This document shows, in pieces, positions 18,531-29,775 of a stretch of 64,000 nt of DNA (position 1 is its first letter; each line of letters opens with the position of its first letter). The position numbers and the translations under genes are program-made. Source of the stretch: a virus; the IMG/VR virus record IMGVR_UViG_3300010224_000001, positions 128,001 through 192,000 of that record. One strand, given 5' to 3'. The notes beneath the pieces are model-generated. The model worked only from the letters and a program-made list of their open reading frames with translations, was not told the DNA's origin and did no database searches.

Positions 18531-19415
18531 TTACGCACCATTAGTAATGGTTTGCGTACCACCGCTACCGCCCACTTTAGTCAACGGTTCGGTCGCGCCG
18601 ATATCTAAGTTCCAGCTAACGTCATTAGTAAATTGCAGAGAAGCCACAGTGTTCACGAAGTCATTGACTTGAACGCAGATTGCTTCCAGCATGTTAAAGG
18701 GGGAACCGCCACTGCTAACGTCAGTGACCTGCACTTGACGATCGACACCCGAGCACAGCGCAATCTCAGAAATCATGGCGTAATCACGATCACCTTGATA
18801 GATGATGTCAATCACGTTCAGGAATTCTTGCACATCGATATCCGACAGGATAATGCCGATGGTAGCTTTCGAGTTGACGTAAGTACCGTCCGTGGTATTG
18901 ACGCCAGTATTGGACAGCAGCGGCGGAGCTGGGTTCAGGCATGATGAGTCAGGCACGAATGGTGTCGTAACCGATTGACCATCTTGTACCGTGGTTAACG
19001 ACATCGACGGTTGCACGTTCGTCATGTCCAGACGACGCAGATAGTAAGCGATGTAGCTCACGCCATTACGTTGTTCAATACGACGCAGTGCGTATTTAGC
19101 ACGGTCGGTCGGCGACAGGTCGTTACCGATTGGACGCAGCACAAACGGCAGGTGACTATACAGCGCAGCAGAAGTTGCATAGAACATTTGCTGGCTCAGC
19201 TTGAAGACACCGTCAGCGCCCACTTTACCCACGTGCCCGCCATTACCGATAGCATAGTAAGTGACATTCGGGTAAGTATTTGCATCCGGCGGAACACCAG
19301 CTTGCACCGCGAACTTTTCATTCAAGGTGGTATTGGTCTTCATGTTGAAGTCTGCGCCAATCTTTTTGCACGAGTCTAAGTAAGCACCGTAAATAGTACG
19401 AGTGGTGTATTCCAC
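18531..19415 (-). CDS. conserved phiKZ-like virion structural protein
   Basis: RTIYGA..TLNEKF..YYAIGNGGH..HLPFVLR..ISEIALCSGVD motifs recalled from phiKZ-family tail/baseplate proteins. Confidence 0.75.
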   Translation of the reverse strand: MEYTTRTIYGAYLDSCKKIGADFNMKTNTTLNEKFAVQAGVPPDANTYPNVTYYAIGNGGHVGKVGADGVFKLSQQMFYATSAALYSHLPFVLRPIGNDLSPTDRAKYALRRIEQRNGVSYIAYYLRRLDMTNVQPSMSLTTVQDGQSVTTPFVPDSSCLNPAPPLLSNTGVNTTDGTYVNSKATIGIILSDIDVQEFLNVIDIIYQGDRDYAMISEIALCSGVDRQVQVTDVSSGGSPFNMLEAICVQVNDFVNTVASLQFTNDVSWNLDIGATEPLTKVGGSGGTQTITNGA

Positions 19416-19483
19416 GATAATTCCTTTTGCTAAAATGAGATAATCACACTATTAATAAAAAGCAATATTGATTAGCATTTTGA

Positions 19484-21856
19484 TCACTGCGGATAAGTCT
19501 TACCCAAGATCGTATTGCTGATTGCACGACGTAACAGTTCTTTGGTTTCAGATAAATCAAATGGTAACAGTTCAGTGATAACCACCACTTCACGCAATGG
19601 AATCAGCTTACTGATTTCAGGACGGTAATAGTCGCCATTGTAAATATCTTTAAACGTTTGCTGTTGTTCATAAGTCAAACTTAAGAACTTATCCATACCA
19701 ACAATCGGTAACACACCACGCGGCACAGTACCAATTGGGTTGCTTTGCGTAACACGCATCCTTGACATCGGAATGGTTAAGTGATAAATCTCAGGACGCT
19801 TCCCGGCAAAGGTCGCCACCGATCCTTGTGAGACCACATTGTAATGACTACGAATAGTGATCTTCGGATCAATCGGTTCTCGATCAAAGTCAATCGAAAT
19901 ACGATTGTGTTGCGAGAAACGCATCTCGAGCACATCTTGACTTTGTGCTATCCGGTTAAGTTCAGTCAAGTTCATTGTGACTGCGCCTAATCGAATACCT
20001 GGCCAATCTGTCTTACGGATATTCGTGTCATTAATTTCTGTAATAACTTGAATACCGTAGCTAGAGAGTTGGGTAAACATTTTCACCATGGTTTCTTGCA
20101 TTGCTTTCAGCGATTGAGATTGGTGCAGTGACGCACCTGTCGCTTGACTTACAATGTTTTGAAACAATGCACTAAAGTCATCATGCGTGAATTCTGTCAA
20201 GTCAATATTACGATCACTTAACCAGCTATCGTAAGTCGTATCTGCAGGCACCAACTCAACAATATGGTCGCTATAAATACGTGTCACCATGGCTTGCACC
20301 ATGGCCCGTCTTTGGAAGTCTTCTTGTGCAGCAATTAAGAAGCGTTGACGTTGCACAGCGTTGTAAATCGCTACACCCAAATTGTAGAAGGCTTCAATCG
20401 AGATGACGTAATCAATTTTAGGTTGACCCAACAATGCTTCAACAGCTACCGAACGTGGTATTAAGTTATGGTCAACAATTGAATAGATATCATCCACCGT
20501 TGGACCAAAGAGATCATCCACAGTCGGGAATCGCTGCACTCGCGAGACAAACGCATTTGGGATCGTGACAATATCCATCGCTTGTGACTTTAACCAAGCA
20601 TACATCGCTAAGATGAAGGATTCTTTAGCAGTTAAAGGAATCTTCTCACCAGTGCGAGTATTGTCGATATTGATGTAAGCGGTATAGATATCTTGACTTG
20701 CTAAATAGACCCAGTGATTGAACAACACCTCACTTAAGATCCATGGCGAACTATTCGATTCATCCACCATCTGTGATTCAAGAGACTTAGTCGCTACCAC
20801 ATTCGACGGCGAGTTCTTCATTAAAGAACGCACCTTGGTAACAGCTTCATCTACATCAGTACCGTTGCCAACTGCGAGCGGAATCTGCTTATTTAAGAGC
20901 TGTTCGATCGTCGTCTTGTTATCGGGTTCCAACTCAATCCCTAAATTGAGCTGCTTCATTCTGAAGATAACGTCAGCGTAATCGTTCTGTAATTGCTGAG
21001 TTACATCATGGCGCATGGTATATTCCGCAAGAGGGATATACCTTTCAGACATGATATGATCCATTAACGAATTGAACGTGTCGCGTTTGCCGACATTGCG
21101 CTCAATATACGCAATATTCCGATAGAAGTGTAAAGCTTGCTTCTTCGTTAAGGTATCCATGTACTGATCTAAGAATCCATGGCTGCCTAAGTATTGAGTA
21201 ATATGAAAGCTATGCGCTTCACTCGTATTACAAGCACATAAGCGCAGAACCAGAATCGCAGGGACTAAATTCTGGTACATGATCGCCAGCAGAGTCGCTG
21301 CATACAGTTCATCGGTAATATAGAAACCGGGCACTGTCCAACGATTCTTGAAACCATTGATCCATGTTTGAAGATTCGGAATTAAGCTATATTCGTTCTC
21401 TTCAACCAAGTTAGGAGGATATGTGAGGATTGCACCATCGTCAGCATCAATCGCAGTTTGTATATCTACTGGATAAAGAATGCCCAAAATGAGCTGTTCT
21501 TGATTTGGATATTTAGCTACGAGTTCGGTATATTGACGAGAACCGTATTGATAGGCAGCAGCTGTTGCCCGATGGATCGCTAGATTCGGTTTGTTAAACA
21601 CAATCTGTTCCAGCGTATCCATTGAGATAATGGTCATCTCTTGGTCAGTGCTATGATATTCTCCGGACAGATTTAAGTAATACTTCCAGGTTGTTGGATC
21701 GGATGAGACTAAGGTAAGTCCACCACTAGTCGCGTACACCCAGTCATTAAGAGCTTCAGCAGTGTAAGAAGATTTGATAACGATCGTCTCAGCCAGCTGA
21801 AATGTTTTGTTGATGAAGATCTGATAATCATTGGAATAATTCACGACTATCCCCAA
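19484..21856 (-). CDS. conserved phiKZ-like virion structural protein (gp128-like)
   Basis: TWKYYLNLSGEYH..D..M...S.DT motif; divergent from the portal gene as in phiKZ synteny. Confidence 0.75.
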   Translation of the reverse strand: MGIVVNYSNDYQIFINKTFQLAETIVIKSSYTAEALNDWVYATSGGLTLVSSDPTTWKYYLNLSGEYHSTDQEMTIISMDTLEQIVFNKPNLAIHRATAAAYQYGSRQYTELVAKYPNQEQLILGILYPVDIQTAIDADDGAILTYPPNLVEENEYSLIPNLQTWINGFKNRWTVPGFYITDELYAATLLAIMYQNLVPAILVLRLCACNTSEAHSFHITQYLGSHGFLDQYMDTLTKKQALHFYRNIAYIERNVGKRDTFNSLMDHIMSERYIPLAEYTMRHDVTQQLQNDYADVIFRMKQLNLGIELEPDNKTTIEQLLNKQIPLAVGNGTDVDEAVTKVRSLMKNSPSNVVATKSLESQMVDESNSSPWILSEVLFNHWVYLASQDIYTAYINIDNTRTGEKIPLTAKESFILAMYAWLKSQAMDIVTIPNAFVSRVQRFPTVDDLFGPTVDDIYSIVDHNLIPRSVAVEALLGQPKIDYVISIEAFYNLGVAIYNAVQRQRFLIAAQEDFQRRAMVQAMVTRIYSDHIVELVPADTTYDSWLSDRNIDLTEFTHDDFSALFQNIVSQATGASLHQSQSLKAMQETMVKMFTQLSSYGIQVITEINDTNIRKTDWPGIRLGAVTMNLTELNRIAQSQDVLEMRFSQHNRISIDFDREPIDPKITIRSHYNVVSQGSVATFAGKRPEIYHLTIPMSRMRVTQSNPIGTVPRGVLPIVGMDKFLSLTYEQQQTFKDIYNGDYYRPEISKLIPLREVVVITELLPFDLSETKELLRRAISNTILGKTYPQ

Positions 21857-21877
21857 AAAGAAGCGAAAGAGATTTGT

Positions 21878-24800
21878 ATGTCACAACAACAATATCGAAG
21901 AGCATTTGAGCTGCAAAGTTCTGGCCGTCGTTATCCTGCTACCAACCTGGTGCGTGAAAACCCCAAGGCTGCAGCAGTGATCAGTAAACTTGTTGCCGAC
22001 CCGCGCAATAAGAATTTCAAACCTGATGGTGATCGGAATATTGCACCACCGAACGTTGCACAGTTTCGTAATACGGCAATGCAAACTGCTCAGAACATCT
22101 CTGATGCAGAAACCGTTAACCAGGTTCTTCCCGATACTGACTTAGCTGCGCAGATTTTAGTAAGTTCCATCCTGTCCCCAAAAGACATGATGGCAGTCTC
22201 ACTTAATTACGCATCTGCAGACGGTAAATGGAAATTACCGCACGAACTCAGCACCGCTTTAATTGATGTGGTGCGTACCCACTTTGAACAAGACTATAAA
22301 ATAAAGCCGCTACTGCCCAAGATGTTACGGGATATTTTATTCCGTACCGGTAGCTATGCCTTAGCAGTGATTCCTGAGAACGCCGTTGATGAAATCATCA
22401 ATAGCACCGGTTCCGTAAAAATGGAAAGCTTCTCTGACTTACTGCGCGCGGATGGCAATCTGCATAGCATGGGTCTATTAGGACCGCGTGACGACGAGCA
22501 GCAAAGCAATCCTGCAGCGGCTCGAAATACTCCAGGTCTCGTATTAGAATCCTTGATCAAGTACGAAGTACCAAAAGATACCTCTGGTAAAGTCAAGATG
22601 GTGTTTGAAGGTGAGAACAATGTCAAGAAGACACTCGATCCCTTCATCAACGTCACTGACAACTTCAACTTACTGAAGATCCCTGAACTTAGTCAGCGTA
22701 TGCGGGAAGAACGCACTCGTCAGATTCTGGCTGGCGATAGTACGTTCTCGCTTGAGAGTTTAGTGGAGCGTTACGAAACGTCGCCGACCGTGATTGCAAA
22801 TAATCGCGGTAACGATCCGACTAAGATGGGTGACCGTCAACTGGTATCGCGTATTTATAAAGCACCACGCAATCGCCATCAAACTGTGGTGACGATCAAG
22901 ACGCAAGATAAACTCGCACGTCGTTCGGTCGGTAGTCCGCTTGTGATGCACTTGCCGTCAGAAGCTGTGATTCCGGTACACGTACCAAATCGTCCTGACC
23001 ATCAAATCGGTTACTTTATCCTGATTGACCAAGAAGGTAATCCGATTAGTAAGAATGATAGCGCTGACTATTACAAAGAACTTAACCAGCGGATGCAAGC
23101 TGGCGATAGCTTTGCATCGTCGATGATGGAACGCTCTAAACAACTGCTGAGTGACAGCTTTAATGTGAATAGCCGTAGCACGCTTGACTATTCCGCATTG
23201 ATCTACGGTCAGATGTTGGAAGACGATCTGAATCAACGTCTGCGTAATGGCTTGGTGGGCGGGAACGCAGTTATCGCTAAGAACCAAGAAGTGTATCGCT
23301 TGATGATGGCACGTTCGTTGTCGCAGCAACATACTCAGCTTCTGTATATCCCGGCTGAGTTCATGACGTATATCGCTTTCCGTTACCATAGCAACGGTAT
23401 TGGTAAGTCGCTGCTGGAAGATGGTCGCATCCTGAACAGTATGCGTACGATGCTCTTAGTGGCTAACGTCATGACGAGTCTGCGTAACTCGATTGGTCGC
23501 ACTCATGTGAATCTGAAGCTCGATCCGGATAGTCCTGATCCGATGAAGAATATCGAGCAGATGATTGGCGAGATTATGCGCGTCAATAGCAACAGCTTCC
23601 CGTTGGGTTCCAATAACCCGACTGATATCGTAGAAAGCATGCAGCGTGCTGCCTTCGAATTTAGCTTTACTGGACACCCTGGTATTCCTGACATGGAAGT
23701 CGAGTTTAGCGAAAAGAATAGCAACTACGCTCAGCCTGATACAGCATTAGAAGAACTGCTGCGTAAACGTGCGATCATGATGTACGGCCTAACGCCTGAA
23801 ATGGTCGATGCAGCTGCAGGTTCTGACTTCGCAACCAGTGTGAATGCGAATACGATTTTGCTGTCGAAACGCGTTCTGACGTATCAGCAAGACTTCGTAC
23901 CGCAGTTGTCGGATCACATGCGTAAATACATGATTGCCTCGGCAGACATCATGGAAGAACTGGTCAAGCTCATTGAAGGTTCTTACGATGAGATCATCAA
24001 AGGTATCACGGATAAAGAACAGATCAAACTCGATAGTGGTCAAGCCATTACCAAAGAGCAACTCCAAGAGAATAAACTGTATAAAGCAGTGATTATCAAG
24101 GAGATCTTAGAAGAGTTTCTCGGTAACTTTAACGTGGCTCTGCCTGAGCCAGATGTGACGAAGATCGATAACGAGAATGAATCGTACGAGAAATACGAGA
24201 AGCTCTTGGATTCGGCTCTGAATGCCTGGATCAGTGAAGACATGTTTACCAGTGGTGAACTTGGTGCTGCAACTGAACACATCCGTGCTGTTCGTAACCA
24301 GATGAAAGCTTACTTCCTGCGTGAATGGCAAATTCGCAATGGTGTTATTCCTGAACTGGCGAAGATTACTTCTAAAGGTCCGGATGGTAATGCAGAAATC
24401 AACTTCCAAAAGGCACAGGTGGATCATGTGGAATCCCTGCTCGAAGCTATTCAAGGCCTCTTCAAAGGAATCAAATCCACGAAGGAGAAGACTGACAAGA
24501 TCCTCGAAGACTCTGGTCTGTCTGCTAACTCTGGCGGTGGCTATGGTGGCGGTAGTGACCTTGGCGGCGGTAATGGTGGTAATGACATGGGTGGTTTCGG
24601 TGATTCTGGCGGTTTCGGAGGCGGCGACGATTTTGGCGGATCTGATGGCTTAGGTGGTTCCGGCGATCATGATCTCGGTTTCGGTAATTCCGACGGCGGG
24701 AGTAACTCTGGTGATTTAGGCGGAGATGGGGATAGCGGAGGTGGTTTCGGCGGTGGTGATGATCTTGATCTAGATGCAAAGCAAGGCGAAGGTCAAGGCT

Positions 24801-25099
24801 CTGATGATCAAGCTGAAGCTAAAACCGATACTCCTGAAGAGTTCAATGAGTTAGATGGCTCTCCTGAAGGTGAACACAAAGGTGAACCAGCTGATGAAAT
24901 TGATGCTGCTTTAAAAGACGCTCATCAAAACGAACCTCAATTCGAGGAACCTAAAGATACGCCTCAATCTGAACCTTCCAAGGAAACCACTAAGGAAGAA
25001 GACGATAAGAAGGAACCTGAGAAGGAAGACAAACAGGAACCTGAAGAAGATAAGGAAGAAAAGAAAGACGATGACAAAGAGTCGAAAGACAAAGCGTAA
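21878..25099 (+). CDS. portal protein (phiKZ gp129-like)
   Basis: ILVSSILSPKDM, HLPSEAVIPVHVP, NGIGKSLLE; xME/xLE protease sites; Gly-rich then acidic C-terminal tail. Confidence 0.8.
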   Translation: MSQQQYRRAFELQSSGRRYPATNLVRENPKAAAVISKLVADPRNKNFKPDGDRNIAPPNVAQFRNTAMQTAQNISDAETVNQVLPDTDLAAQILVSSILSPKDMMAVSLNYASADGKWKLPHELSTALIDVVRTHFEQDYKIKPLLPKMLRDILFRTGSYALAVIPENAVDEIINSTGSVKMESFSDLLRADGNLHSMGLLGPRDDEQQSNPAAARNTPGLVLESLIKYEVPKDTSGKVKMVFEGENNVKKTLDPFINVTDNFNLLKIPELSQRMREERTRQILAGDSTFSLESLVERYETSPTVIANNRGNDPTKMGDRQLVSRIYKAPRNRHQTVVTIKTQDKLARRSVGSPLVMHLPSEAVIPVHVPNRPDHQIGYFILIDQEGNPISKNDSADYYKELNQRMQAGDSFASSMMERSKQLLSDSFNVNSRSTLDYSALIYGQMLEDDLNQRLRNGLVGGNAVIAKNQEVYRLMMARSLSQQHTQLLYIPAEFMTYIAFRYHSNGIGKSLLEDGRILNSMRTMLLVANVMTSLRNSIGRTHVNLKLDPDSPDPMKNIEQMIGEIMRVNSNSFPLGSNNPTDIVESMQRAAFEFSFTGHPGIPDMEVEFSEKNSNYAQPDTALEELLRKRAIMMYGLTPEMVDAAAGSDFATSVNANTILLSKRVLTYQQDFVPQLSDHMRKYMIASADIMEELVKLIEGSYDEIIKGITDKEQIKLDSGQAITKEQLQENKLYKAVIIKEILEEFLGNFNVALPEPDVTKIDNENESYEKYEKLLDSALNAWISEDMFTSGELGAATEHIRAVRNQMKAYFLREWQIRNGVIPELAKITSKGPDGNAEINFQKAQVDHVESLLEAIQGLFKGIKSTKEKTDKILEDSGLSANSGGGYGGGSDLGGGNGGNDMGGFGDSGGFGGGDDFGGSDGLGGSGDHDLGFGNSDGGSNSGDLGGDGDSGGGFGGGDDLDLDAKQGEGQGSDDQAEAKTDTPEEFNELDGSPEGEHKGEPADEIDAALKDAHQNEPQFEEPKDTPQSEPSKETTKEEDDKKEPEKEDKQEPEEDKEEKKDDDKESKDKA

Positions 25100-25139
25100 T
25101 CGTTTCTAATCTCGCTGTATTGAAACAAAAAAAGATTAG

Positions 25140-25188
25140 GTCATAACCCCTCACCACCCCGTAATGGAGTGGTGAGGGAATTATGACG
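25140..25188. terminator. bidirectional terminator
   Basis: CCCTCACCACCCC-GTAAT-GGAGTGGTGAGGG flanked by GTCATAA/TTATGAC. Confidence 0.75.
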
Positions 25189-25189
25189 T

Positions 25190-25438
25190 TTAGTGAATAG
25201 CTGTCGATGTAGAGGTAGTGATCGGTTGATCTTTACTCAGACTTGTTTCTTGGTTATATTTGTCAACCGCATTCTTATCGGAGTACAGGGTTTCTGTAGC
25301 AACTACAAACACGTTACTAAACCCGCGAGCTGTCAAGCTATCGCTGATGCATTCAGCCAACATAGCTTCTTCTTCCATTGTGGCGCCTTCAATTTCAATG
25401 GCAACACGCAATGGGTCCAACTTAAGATCATTTGGCAT
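25190..25438 (-). CDS. hypothetical protein
   Basis: Shares a (D/E)(G/S)LT..xF.N motif with 25428..25862 and 58948..59673. Confidence 0.6.
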   Translation of the reverse strand: MPNDLKLDPLRVAIEIEGATMEEEAMLAECISDSLTARGFSNVFVVATETLYSDKNAVDKYNQETSLSKDQPITTSTSTAIH

Positions 25439-25862
25439 AAATGCAATCCTCAGTCACACCTTCATCGATATAACGAATGGTATCTGCCAGACGTTCACGC
25501 GGATACACTCGCGGTGCTTCAATCACATGGTTAATACTTGCCATGGCTTCAGCTGACTTTGCTGACACCACCAGAATCGGTACATCAAGAATCGGGTTAG
25601 TAGGTGGCGGTGCAGTAAAGAAGTTGTGGACAGGTTCACCGGTTTTATCCGAAACTTCTTGCACATTCTTGAAATGGTGATCTTTAGTCAAACCATCCAG
25701 AATGCAACGTTCAATGGTCATTATGGTGCTAAGACCATCTAACATATTGTCTTTAGCTTGCTGTTCATTGCTAATAATTCGGGCATGAATGGAAACGTTA
25801 GGTGTGAGTCGTTTCTCCATTACCGCCATGCGAATGATGTTGTCATCCTCTTTATCAGACAT
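25428..25862 (-). CDS. hypothetical protein
   Basis: ORF with SD AAGGA. Confidence 0.65.
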   Translation of the reverse strand: MSDKEDDNIIRMAVMEKRLTPNVSIHARIISNEQQAKDNMLDGLSTIMTIERCILDGLTKDHHFKNVQEVSDKTGEPVHNFFTAPPPTNPILDVPILVVSAKSAEAMASINHVIEAPRVYPRERLADTIRYIDEGVTEDCIYAK

Positions 25863-25948
25863 GATCTATCCTTAATCAAAAAGAAAAAAAAAGAAATTTA
25901 ACTAAGGAAGAGGGAGCTTGCTAACTTCAACAAGCTCCCTACTTACCC

Positions 25949-28042
25949 TTAGTGATACAGGCTGATCAGGATGAAGTCCTGGTTGATGTTACCTTTGGTG
26001 ATCTCGAAGATACGACCATCTTTGGTACGCACCAGATGACGCGACGTGCCCCAGCCCAGTTGCTCGGAAGATTCCAGGATGTTGCGCGCCAGACCCAGCA
26101 GCGAGATTTGGAAATCCTTCAGCAGCACATTGCCGACACCTTCCACACCAGCCACTTGCAGATCGTGCGACAGCACTTCCAGGAAAGTGATGCTGTAGGT
26201 CGATGCCACTAGCGTAATTTCCGGTTTCTTTTCGACGTCTTCGAACGTATCGGCGATGATGTTGCCGGTCAGTGCTTTGTAGACATCGGTTTCACGATCC
26301 ACCGTCTGGAACAGATTGGCGATTTCTTGACGCTGATCCTTCAGGAAGGCTTTCTCGATGTGTTCACCGAAGGTATCACGCAGCCAGGTGGTCAGCTTTT
26401 CCAGATCGTTGACGAAGTCTTCCACCGTTACCGTATCAGCCGTGATCGACATGCGATTACGCAGGATATGGTTGATGTGATTCGTCATGCGCATGTTGAC
26501 CATCGTGACCAGTTCCGGCGAGCAGTACTCGCTGGCAGCCTTCAGTTCTTCACGCAGAGCGATGTAAGAAGCACAGCGAGCAAATACTTCCACTTGCTCA
26601 GTCTCATCTTCCCAGCCCAGGATCGGTTCAGCCACTTTCACGAACCCGCGATAGATGACCGGCTTGCTTTCGTGCAGGCGCAGCATTTCGGCACGCAGCG
26701 TGAGGATCGCCATTTCCAGGTTGGTATCGTGCAGCAGCTTCGGTTTGGTCAGGACAGTCGGTTTGTCTTCCGTTGCCTCGTCCATCTCGCTCTTGATCTT
26801 TGCCACACCCACATCGACACGCGCCATCACTTGCTTGTTGTCTTTTGCCAGATTCAGACCCGGCAGAGGTTTACCAAACAAGCTTGCCACAGCATGGCGG
26901 TCGTAATCGATCATGTTGATACCACTTTGATGAATTTCCGGCACAGTCGAGCCGTCTGGTTGGATCTTGAAGTAGAGGTTGAATTGAACCGGGTTGAACG
27001 CCGGAGGATATGCCAGCTCAGGATGATTGAGCGACATACGCCAGCCAGCTTCGTCCGGAGTTTTGAGCGATGGATCAACCGGGATCGCCGTGCCATTTTG
27101 GTTCATCGGAATTTCCTTTCCTTGTGCAGGACCGAACTGAGTCGGTTGAGTAGGTTGATGTGCGGAAGCGCTTTGTTGGAACGGCGGAACTAACGTCGAA
27201 CCAGGATGTGCAGTGACGCGTTGTTGCTGTACTTGTTGCGTTTGCATCTGCTGCGGTTGTTGCGACGGTGCTGCGCCACCATAATCGCGACCACCGGATG
27301 CCGTGCGTACTTGCGGTCCATAACCAGGCCCAGCAGCCATGGTATTGACACCGCCATTTGCTTGTTGATACGCACTGCCACCTGCAGTGAAAGGCATGTG
27401 ACCTTGCACTCGGTTGACTTGACCCTGCGGCATGTAACCACCACCCATCGGTTGCATGCCCATCGGCATCATACCTGGCTGCATCTGCGGTTGATACATG
27501 ACAGGTTGACCAATCGGCATGTTTGCCATGTTCGCGGTATCTTGACGCATGCGCAGGATACGACCCATCAGCTGCTGATAGTTATTGACTTGCACGTTGA
27601 CAGACGGACGGTCGTTTTCGTTGATGCAAAACCACAGTGCCGGGAAGTCTGCCAGGCAGCCATACACGCGAATGCGCAGGAAGTTAACCACACCATCACG
27701 GACGATGTGTTCGACTTGATGCGGGGGCGGTTGCCAGGTCTGATTCTCGATATAGATGTAATCGACGATGTCCTGAATCAGGCCAGCAAACTGCTGATTA
27801 CGCCAACCATTATCGCTCATCATGTTGTACAGGAACACCGACAACGGACCTTGTTGGGTATTCACCATCAACGTTTCCATTGCCAGACCTGTTGCCAGCT
27901 GAACATACGGCATCATCCACTGCACCGTTTGCACACCACCGACGTTAATCGGAAGGTTGTTATAGTTCACCTGGAAGAACGGATTGGTGATCTGGTTCGT
28001 ACTGAACGGGATCGTGTTTTGTTGATTATAATTAGGATTCAT
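25949..28042 (-). CDS. conserved phiKZ-like hypothetical protein with Q/P/M-rich low-complexity linker
   Basis: 697 aa next to the nvRNAP subunit; MIDYDRH motif; strong codon bias. Confidence 0.8.
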   Translation of the reverse strand: MNPNYNQQNTIPFSTNQITNPFFQVNYNNLPINVGGVQTVQWMMPYVQLATGLAMETLMVNTQQGPLSVFLYNMMSDNGWRNQQFAGLIQDIVDYIYIENQTWQPPPHQVEHIVRDGVVNFLRIRVYGCLADFPALWFCINENDRPSVNVQVNNYQQLMGRILRMRQDTANMANMPIGQPVMYQPQMQPGMMPMGMQPMGGGYMPQGQVNRVQGHMPFTAGGSAYQQANGGVNTMAAGPGYGPQVRTASGGRDYGGAAPSQQPQQMQTQQVQQQRVTAHPGSTLVPPFQQSASAHQPTQPTQFGPAQGKEIPMNQNGTAIPVDPSLKTPDEAGWRMSLNHPELAYPPAFNPVQFNLYFKIQPDGSTVPEIHQSGINMIDYDRHAVASLFGKPLPGLNLAKDNKQVMARVDVGVAKIKSEMDEATEDKPTVLTKPKLLHDTNLEMAILTLRAEMLRLHESKPVIYRGFVKVAEPILGWEDETEQVEVFARCASYIALREELKAASEYCSPELVTMVNMRMTNHINHILRNRMSITADTVTVEDFVNDLEKLTTWLRDTFGEHIEKAFLKDQRQEIANLFQTVDRETDVYKALTGNIIADTFEDVEKKPEITLVASTYSITFLEVLSHDLQVAGVEGVGNVLLKDFQISLLGLARNILESSEQLGWGTSRHLVRTKDGRIFEITKGNINQDFILISLYH

Positions 28043-28088
28043 CTCTTGTTATTTCCTTTCTAAGTTTCCGTAATCTAGTGCACGCTAG

Positions 28089-29744
28089 TTACGGAAGGTC
28101 AATCCACTGTTGAATGCTGTTAAACAGTGGGATGAATCTCGGATCACGCTGAACCACGTTTTCCATGTCAAGCGACAGGTACAGGCTCAGCCTGAACCAA
28201 CCAGACGGCTGGCTCTTCGGAAGGTTTGCGTATGCGCCCACTTCCGCAATCGATACGTGCAGTTGATTGATCGGGTCCGAGAGTTGCAGACTATTGTGCC
28301 CCTTGGACTTCTTACTTGAGGCTTGCTGCGGTACTACCAACGACGTAATCTTCAGTGCTTTGTTATCCCCAGGATAGCTATTGGTCGAGACGGAACCAAC
28401 GTTCTTGTGGATGTTGTAAATCAAGCCAGGCTTAATCGACGAGGTAAAGGCACTGATGATTTCCTTCTCTTCCAGATTGGGCTTCTCCGACAACTTCATC
28501 ATCTTAAAGCCGAGTTCCACAATGGCTCTACTGATGTCATACAAGACAAAGTAGTTAACGTTCAACTCTTTATCGTACATGCTGGACAGTTGGCCAGAAC
28601 CTTTCAACAGCAATTCATCGAAACGTTCTGTGAGAATAGCAAACAGCTGATACACGTTATCCACATGCATGTCGATGTTTGCCAACTGGTCTTGCATAAT
28701 CGCGTCGATATACTCATCCAGCGAACGCATGTGGTCGTCCATTTCTTTGAGCAGCTTACCGAGCGAGGTCGTGCCAGGTGCTACGATGTAACCGAGCAGA
28801 CGAATCCAGATCAGCGTCTTATCAAAGTCCGCTACATTCTTCATCTGTTCTGGGAACAAATCCAACAGGTAATACAAACCACCGATCATCTTCTCAACCA
28901 TCGGCGTAGTTTCGCTCTTACGCACAGCTACGCGGATTGCAGGAGGTTCGTAGAACAGACGATCATTGCGCCCCGAAGGTGGCTGACCGCTGATCACACG
29001 CGAACTCATGAAGATGTTCCAATCACTGGCTGGATACTTCTCAGTCGTGATCGATTGTGCGTCACCCACGATCGGTGTGCAGTTGGCAAACAGCTGGAAA
29101 GCAGCCGACAAGCCATACTTGCAGAACAGATAGTGAGGCATGGTCGAATGTGCGTTGACACGATTCGGGTCGTTCCGATCTTTGACGATCTGCTTTTGGT
29201 AAATCTTAGAGAACACCACATGGGTCGAATGATCTTGACCATTCATTAAGTAGTGTTGACTCATGCGAAGCACCATGAAGCGAGTCTTGATCAGACGCAC
29301 AAACACAGTCTTAGGCAGGATCGAAATCACGCGGTCTGCTAACACCGGAGAGATGGTGTATCGGCTACCACTGATTTTGATATGCCCGCCATCGGTGACA
29401 TACGGCAAGAACATGTAACGTGGAGGCAGATCTTTACCTTTCCACTTGAACGTGTACATCATCATGCGCAGATACGATTCCGCGATATCATAAGTGCTCT
29501 TATTGTTCTTCCGAGCATTCTTCTGATTCTTAGGTTTAGTAATCTGTCTCAGTTCCTCCGATGGAAGGCAAGGACGAAATCCAGTATACTCCAGACCAGG
29601 TGGAAAACTCCTGGAAATCGCCTTGAACAGCATATGGACATACTTGTCAGCCACAGGAATCTGTGAAGTTGCAAAACCGTCGGCTAAGACAGGATTGAAC
29701 TTTGGCATTGTTTCACGAATATGCTCTCGTAATGCTGGATCCAT
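28089..29744 (-). CDS. non-virion RNA polymerase beta subunit, N-terminal part (phiKZ gp123-like)
   Basis: MPKFNPVLADG, FPPGLEYTG, LPYVTDGG, ISPVLAD, HYLFCKYG, HVSIAEVG; synteny with MCP and DnaB. Confidence 0.85.
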   Translation of the reverse strand: MDPALREHIRETMPKFNPVLADGFATSQIPVADKYVHMLFKAISRSFPPGLEYTGFRPCLPSEELRQITKPKNQKNARKNNKSTYDIAESYLRMMMYTFKWKGKDLPPRYMFLPYVTDGGHIKISGSRYTISPVLADRVISILPKTVFVRLIKTRFMVLRMSQHYLMNGQDHSTHVVFSKIYQKQIVKDRNDPNRVNAHSTMPHYLFCKYGLSAAFQLFANCTPIVGDAQSITTEKYPASDWNIFMSSRVISGQPPSGRNDRLFYEPPAIRVAVRKSETTPMVEKMIGGLYYLLDLFPEQMKNVADFDKTLIWIRLLGYIVAPGTTSLGKLLKEMDDHMRSLDEYIDAIMQDQLANIDMHVDNVYQLFAILTERFDELLLKGSGQLSSMYDKELNVNYFVLYDISRAIVELGFKMMKLSEKPNLEEKEIISAFTSSIKPGLIYNIHKNVGSVSTNSYPGDNKALKITSLVVPQQASSKKSKGHNSLQLSDPINQLHVSIAEVGAYANLPKSQPSGWFRLSLYLSLDMENVVQRDPRFIPLFNSIQQWIDLP

Positions 29745-29775
29745 GTAAGACTTCCTCTTATTAGTTTTTAATCAA

